A stretch of DNA of 64,000 nucleotides from Phallusia mammillata (Eukaryota). Position numbers and translations under genes: made by a program. Location: NCBI GenBank assembly GCA_965637545.1, contig OZ281497.1, positions 1,116,001 to 1,180,000 of the forward strand, given 5' to 3'. How positions within the stretch are numbered: position 1 is the first letter of the stretch; the number at the start of each line of letters is the position of its first letter. Below are positions 57,422-64,000 of the stretch, in pieces. The notes under the pieces are model-generated. The model was not told the DNA's origin. It saw only the letters and a program-made list of their open reading frames with translations, and ran no database searches.

Positions 57422-58286
57422 ATGACGTCTCCTTCAACCAGCCAAGAAGCCGAACCGAAAATTGAAGACAATCTGTTTGCTATAATCAAGCCGGCTGTTG
57501 AAAAGATTGACTTAAATGTTGCTGCTGTCCGTCAAAGCCAGGTTGGTGGTTGAAAGTGTAACTACTGTGTAAAAACAGTCACTGAACATTATTGGTTTCC
57601 TTGAGAAGCTATTTTAGTTGATGTAAGGAAATCAAATTTAGTGGGCAATAGGGCTTTCAATACTATTGTGTCTACACAAATTTGTGTTACTTCAATCTTA
57701 CATTATGCCAGGCCCATTAAAGGTGTCATACAGAATCAGCCGGTCACCACCAAACATTCCTAGATGGCAAGGTGTAGGCTAGAAAAACCTATGTCCATCT
57801 TTATTGGTTTACATTAGTGACTACCTAATTCTTTTGCAAAACAGTTGACGCTCCAGTCGAAATAGATGGGAAATGAATTATAAGACAGGATTTGTGTAGG
57901 GAGTTTAATATTTTGAAACAATTTTACCCAGAGATGAGCAAAACTAAACATCCAAGCACAAACTACATTAATATTTGTTTGAAATCATTGTTTTTCTAAT
58001 CATCTAGCTGGAACTTCGTAACACCATTGATGCAGTGAGCAATGAACTGCAACGTATCAGTGAGGAACAAGCATTGGACGTTGATCTGGAACCCTACATA
58101 CGACGACTTATCAACACCAAACGCCGGGTGGTGCTGGTGAGCAACATTGTACAGAATGTACAAGATAGATTGAACAAACTTCAACGAAGCACGGCACAAG
58201 AAACTATTAGGAAACAAGCTCACCAGAATGTTGCTTTAAATTCTGAGCAAATCCCCATTGATATTGCAGGAACATCACAAAGTTAA
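57422..58286 (+). CDS. SNAPIN: SNARE-associated protein Snapin (BLOC-1/BORC subunit), 132 aa
   Basis: Exons 57422-57541 and 58008-58286. Sequence IKPAVEKIDLNVAAVRQSQ|LELRNTID..DLEPYIRRLINTKRRVVLVSNIVQNVQDRL. Confidence 0.92.
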
Positions 58287-59143
58287 AGAAGATGTTGCTT
58301 GGTTACTTTTTAATGTAGCATTATTTGATTTCTGTGCAATGTATTACATTTCTTATTTCGCTTTTTTATTCTTGACCAAGATATATATCAAACTACAATA
58401 AAACCAATGATAATGTAGAACTTGTTAAAATATTCTTTCCTCAGATTGGTTGTCATGTTAAAAGTCTATCATGGCAATTTAACCAATGAAGACATGTTGA
58501 AATATTTCCAACCACAATTTCTTTATACTTTGAAACATATTTGCTGAGTGAAAAAACAATATTTTAGTATTGTGGTCACCAATTTGCAATAGAAATGTTT
58601 TCCATCCAAATTATTCTCTCATTTTTCACATTTGTCAAACACAGATATATCTTAAAATGTATTACAAAAAATCAACAGCCTTTTCACATGATTTTGTTTA
58701 AATATTGCTTTGCAGTTTGTGTAATAGCGAGTAAAATCCTTCATGTAGCAGATTTTTAAAAATTGTATGTGTTAAAAATTAATACAAAACTTAGCCGTTT
58801 TTGCAATTGTCAGGGCAGCAAAAGCATACCAAATTACGTCTTTTTAGTAAAAACTTAAAGTAAATCTAATGGTGGTGTCCAAAACCCGTTTTGTAGTATA
58901 ATCGTTTGTTAAGAGAATGACCGTACTTAGAACAACAGTTGTAGGTGAATTTCATGTGTTCTGTGTTTCATTTAGGGTTTTGCTTCATACAATGTTATTA
59001 CACTTTCCGCATATGATTGTTCACAAGCGTTTTTTTTTTCATTTACAGAAACTTATTGTTTGTATTAACACAGTAGCACCATGTAAAATTTTACCTGCAT
59101 ATTTTGGCAACAAGTATCCTGTGTGCCTGTTGCTACTGGCAAC

Positions 59144-62100
59144 ATGTCACATGACTCCAGTGCAATACCTGCTCGGGGGAAACAGATCGAACAACTGATT
59201 TCCATATTTGGTGACCCTGTTGATGTAACAATGCCTGCTTTGTTTGTTTATGGGCATTCTTCTTGTGGAAAAACAATCGTTCTCAATCATGTTTTAGAAA
59301 AATTGAAGGTAAGTTATTAAAATGTTGTAGTAAAACATTTAAGGTTTATTTTACGGAAATCATCCGGGTCTATTTTTTAATTTATGTTATAAAACTTTTT
59401 TTGATAGGTGTGAAATTGCTCCTCACTATTTTTTACATACATGCAGTGGTGGGATTCAGCCGGTTCTATAGAACCGTCTCACGAAATTTTATGAGATCTG
59501 CAAACCAGTTAGCATTACTGGTCAATGGACTTTTTGTAACAAAGCCGGCTGAAAAGTATGACTATTGTGATAAAACTGGCTGACAAAAAATTTGAATCCC
59601 ACCAGTGTACAACTGCATGATATTTTGTTTTGCTTTAATTGTTTTCCTGTTTTTCTAGGTTCCCCATGTTGTTGTTAACTGCACCGAATGTTACACAAAC
59701 TCAGTTTTGTTCTCGGCAATTTTGCAAGGTTTAAGTGGAGACAATGACCTTGGAAGTTGGAAATGCGACAACTTGAACGACCTTGCAAGAAATTTAAGAA
59801 AAGTTTATGAAAGCCAGGGTTGGAATGAAACTGCTTACATTGTATGTGATCTGCTGTTGTCCTGAAACAGATTTTTGTGAGTTAAATCCTCTAATGTTTT
59901 CTTCGAAGGTTTTTGACAAAGCCGAGAGGTTGAGAGATCGGGAGGTGAATCTTCTTCCAGCCCTGATCAACTTGCAAGAGCTGGTAAGTGGGTTAACATA
60001 TGTGCAACTTTAGATGTAAACACTTTGTTGCGGCAGATTTACATTGACAGTCTTTACCAATCTTATACATTTTACCCAGTTGGATGTTTTATGTATGCAA
60101 TTTGTCCACATGGTGTGTTTACAGATACTGACAATGCCATAAAGGCGAAAAATATTTATATAAAATCTTATGGATGAATGACTTAATGTTTTTTATGAAC
60201 ATTTTCACTAACTTGTAGGTCTGCTTAGGGAAGTAATAATAAGATTTCACTCCCAATTACGATTTAGTACATACCGATTGCCTGCATAATATAATTAAGG
60301 ATTATTTTTTTAGACTTCTCTTAACTTCTGTGTGATCCTTGTTAGTGAGTTGCCATGGGAAAAATTTTACAATGGAGTTGGCATTAGACAGCCTTTTATT
60401 GTGTTTTTTCCAGATTATACAAAAAGTAAGTTATTTATGTTGCAATTTGAACTTTGCTGCATTTGACAAATGTTTACTTTGTCGTCCAGGTGAACTGGGT
60501 GAGATTCTGTGTCACTGTCGACCAGATGGCGTTGATCGAGAATTCTATCAACATTACATTAGTATTGTACTTGCAGTTTTCTCTCTGGCCTGTAGAGATC
60601 TCAGAGAACTCAAGCATCTGGTTAATAATATAAAATTTTAAAGATAACCCAGTTGATTCATCCATATAAATACAAGGATCTCATTCATGTATATATCATG
60701 TTATGCCATGTACATAAACCTGGTATGTGCAAAAAATACATGGCCATCTTTTAGGTGCAACTTATTTTTTTCCACATAATTTCATATTCAAGAATGAAAT
60801 CGTACAATTTTTAGGATCAGCCTATGAATGCCCCCTCAATGCCTAATATTTGACTGGTTTAAAATCCCCAGTAACTTAACCGTTTACAGAGGCATATGTC
60901 ATTTGTTATGAATAAGATCAAATAAAAGGTTTTAAACACTTTTTTATAATGCACAAAATACTGTTCTTCTTTGTATCTGCACAGGTGTTTTTAATTTGTT
61001 TTCATAGTTATTTATGAGCAGGTTTTTTTAAGGTTTGGTTTGGGTGACCGCTAAGTAGTTTTAAGAGACCGCAAGTGTTTCATTTAAATACCAAAAAATA
61101 GCCATTTCCAAATTTTGGGAAACCGCTGGAGAAACAAAACACCTTAAAAAACACTGTTTATGAGACTATAAACTTCGATGAGCTTGAAGTGGTCCATCAT
61201 TTATTTAACATGTATACATATTATCTATATAGCCAACAGGTAGAATGACTCTTTGAATAAATGGTGGATGACTCCAAGTTTATCAAACTTTTAAGTGTAT
61301 TATTATACATACAACTGTTATAATATACTACCAAAAGTTAGCAGTTACTTATTTTTAGTTACTTACTTACTAGTAACTAATTTACTTATTTTGAAACATT
61401 CTTTAGTCGGAGTTAAACTTCAGTACTTACTGTGCGCCGGTGAAGGCTGGAAAGTTTGATGAAGGTGACAAACACAAGTTGTGGAAACACGTTGAACCTC
61501 ATCTCAAAGAAGCTCTGCAACAATTATATCTTAGGAAAGTTTCAAGGTAACTTGTTTACTTTGTATTTAATTTGATTGATTTGTGACAGTAACAAGTTAT
61601 TTGCTAATTCCACTTAATTGACTGATGTATTTCTAACTCTTTCGTATAATTAGCTGTATAATAGAGGCAACATTCTTTGCAATTGCATGTTCCCATTATT
61701 TGTAATTAGTTGCTTTTCACAAGTGCCTTGTGTACTGTGCAGTAACTTTAATATGGGTCCCCTTCTGTAAAAGGTAGTAGGTTAAATGGCGTGTATAGTA
61801 AGTTTGCGAATAGGATATATAACATATAAAATGGTTGTATATGGGAAAAACACCTCTCTAGGTCAATTATTGACTGTTACTAAGCTTTGGGCATGCAAAA
61901 GACTTGAGTATTGAAGTTTTAACATTTGCTAAAAGTTTTAAATTAACTGTTTTAGAAGCTTGCATGGCTGCTTGTCATATGTTGTAACTAAACTTAATCG
62001 TAAATCATCCACTGTTATGCCCAGTGAGGAATGGATGAAACTACATGACATCACAGAATCTGGTGATGCAACAGTTTTGAAACCAGTAAAGAATAGCGAC

Positions 62101-63703
62101 ACAATCGAACTTCCATTTTACTCCAAGTTTTTGCTGATCGCAGCCTACATTGCCTCTTACAATCCTGCCAGCACAGATAAAAGATTCTTTGTGAAGGTAA
62201 AAAAATAATAGGGAATGCATTCATAGCACTTATGTTTCTGAACTTCTGAAATTTTTGAACAAATGCAGTGAAGAAACCCAAAGTCAGCACATAAAAAAGT
62301 TCGCCTATTTTGAAATGTGCTCTTGCACAAAAAAAAACTAAACTCTTCACTTAAAGATTCTACGGCCCCTCAACTGGCCCCACTAAAGACTCCCCCCAGT
62401 CATGTTACACTCACTTTCTGGTGAGCTCCTGCCGCATAACGCTTCACAATATGGTGTAGCTGCAGTGCACTTAGTCCACTATTTTGCGCTCCATAACGTT
62501 TTAACCTTGCGAAGCTATTTCCGACTTGGTGATTGTTTCAGTGCAATTGTGAGGCTATGCGTTCTTTCACCAAGTGAAACAAAGCTCAAATTATTCACTC
62601 AGATCTACTTTTTTTACTTTTTTTTTTTTTTTTTGTCTTTCAACTTTTTGATTCAAATACTTTTTTTCACACAAAACTTTATGCAATCAGAATGCAGGTC
62701 GTATGAAGAAAACTGCTCGATCCATGAAAAAGGATGAGAGAAAGAACAGCCACCTTCGCGGTCCCCATGCATTTCCACTCGACAGAATGATGGCAATATT
62801 TTACTCCATTGTTGACTCAAGGGTGCCACCTACTGCCAATATTTTCTCACAGGTAAGCCTGGTGCATTGTTTTAAAATCACTAAACCATTTTTGTGGAAC
62901 TAAAATATCATAAGCTGCAGACAGTGCACACTGTTTCGACCTATAAGGTCTCACCAGTGCAGCTGGTGACGAGAGATCGGCCGCATTGGCTAGTGTAGCC
63001 ATTCAACGGCACTCCAGTTTGTTGGGAGCACAGGGTACAACCCCATGCATCACCTAGTCTGTGCGATGCCACAACTGGACATACAGCACAGATGAAACTG
63101 GCTCACAATGGCCAAGCAACTGCTTGGGAACCACAGTGAAGTGCCGTTGAATGGCTACACTAGCCAATTCATTTATTGGCTCTATGCTTTTACACTAAAA
63201 TATCATAAAAATGTAAAAAATAGGTGAATTAATATGTGTAAAAATGTACATTTGTTTGTTGTAGCTATGATTAAAAAACCTTTCTGTTTTTAAACAAACA
63301 TTCAGTGTGTCAAAAATACATTGTATAAAACCATTTTATTGTGTTTTTGTTTTGTGGCTTCACTTCAACATTCTCTGATAAATGAATAACAGTGTCATGT
63401 GTATTTAGATTTCAACACTTGTTACCTTGCATCTGCTTGCCAAAATTGGCCATGAAGATGAAATAGATTGTCCCCGATACAAATGCACAGTATCCCTCGA
63501 CTTTATCAGCGCTGTTGCTAAGTAAGACTGTCATTTGTAGACCCTAAAAATCCCTTTTTAACAGAAAAATGTTGTAGTTTCCTTTTATTTTTAAGTAAAT
63601 GTGTAAGCAATCTTCATGAATCTTTACAAATCTGATTATGTTATTTTTTTATTTCAGGACCATGAACTTTGACATTGTGAGATATTTATTTGATTTTGTG
63701 TGA
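59144..63703 (+). CDS. ORC5: Origin recognition complex subunit 5, about 432 aa
   Basis: Exons 59144-59308, 59659-59841, 59909-59983, 60314-60425, 60490-60620, 61407-61546, 62025-62196, 62691-62852, 63409-63521, 63658-63703. Motifs Walker [55 protein letters not shown], and the C-terminus [11 protein letters not shown]. Confidence 0.96.
59444..59607. mobile_element. MITE in ORC5 intron 1
   Basis: TIRs cagtggtgggattc / gaatcccaccagtg. Homologue at 25453-25601. Confidence 0.8.
61019..61156. mobile_element. hAT-type MITE in ORC5 intron 5
   Basis: TIRs caggttttttt / aaaaaacactg and a perfect 8-bp TSD tttatgag. Confidence 0.88.
62410..62587 (+). repeat. Unclassified dispersed repeat, copy 2, in ORC5 intron 7
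   Basis: Homologous to 22822-22991 and followed by a T-rich run. Confidence 0.7.
62913..63193. mobile_element. Second copy of the hammerhead retrozyme-like element, in ORC5 intron 8
   Basis: Type I HHR on the minus strand at 62913-62964 (core CTGGTGA...GAAA...GTC). The body is homologous to 38620-38770. Flanked by a 15-bp direct repeat actaaaatatcataa (62899-62913 and 63194-63208). Confidence 0.8.
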
Positions 63704-64000
63704 CAATCATCTATTGCAAGTACATCTCCAGTAATGATGAAATGAAGTTTGAGTCACTTTCGGCTGCCGCGCTTTCAAGACGATCAGTATTTTGCAATGG
63801 ATTTTGATTTATTTACACAAATTCACACAATTTGTCTGAAAGAACTTGAGTTTAATTGAGTTTCAAAAACAAATTCTTTTATAAGTTGAGTATAAAAAAA
63901 TTACAAAAGGATTGTTTTCAAGTGTTAGGCATGATTAAAAAATGCACGACTTCTCCACAACAGATGTTTTAATTTTTGTGTGTTCACAAATGTTTGTGTT

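Overview
Compact, AT-rich animal genomic DNA with short GT-AG introns. The organism is probably an invertebrate chordate such as an ascidian; that is inferred from gene compactness and content. I reconstructed the genes exon by exon, with reading phases checked. Left to right: (1) a KDM3/JMJD1C-family histone demethylase on the minus strand, starting at 35738 and running off the left edge, with a 22.3-kb CpG-rich intron; (2) selenoprotein O (minus strand, 13 exons, in-frame UGA = Sec, SECIS about 0.93 kb downstream); (3) CBLL1/Hakai (+); (4) PPIL1 (-); (5) five tandem intronless HSD17B10-like SDR genes (+); (6) SNAPIN (+); (7) ORC5 (+). Introns and UTRs contain hAT- and Tc1/pogo-type MITEs and hammerhead-ribozyme (HHR) retroelements of the retrozyme/Penelope-like type. 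The most striking signals are these. One canonical mitochondrial-type HSD17B10 is followed by four paralogs that gained C-terminal peroxisomal-type signals (-NKL, -SKL, -SKL, -KANL); copies 2-4 have homogenised N-halves, and copies 2-5 have divergent active sites. All five sit in an operon-like same-strand run. A hammerhead-carrying insertion lies between the SelO Sec codon and its SECIS. All gene identifications come from recalled family motifs; no database search was run.
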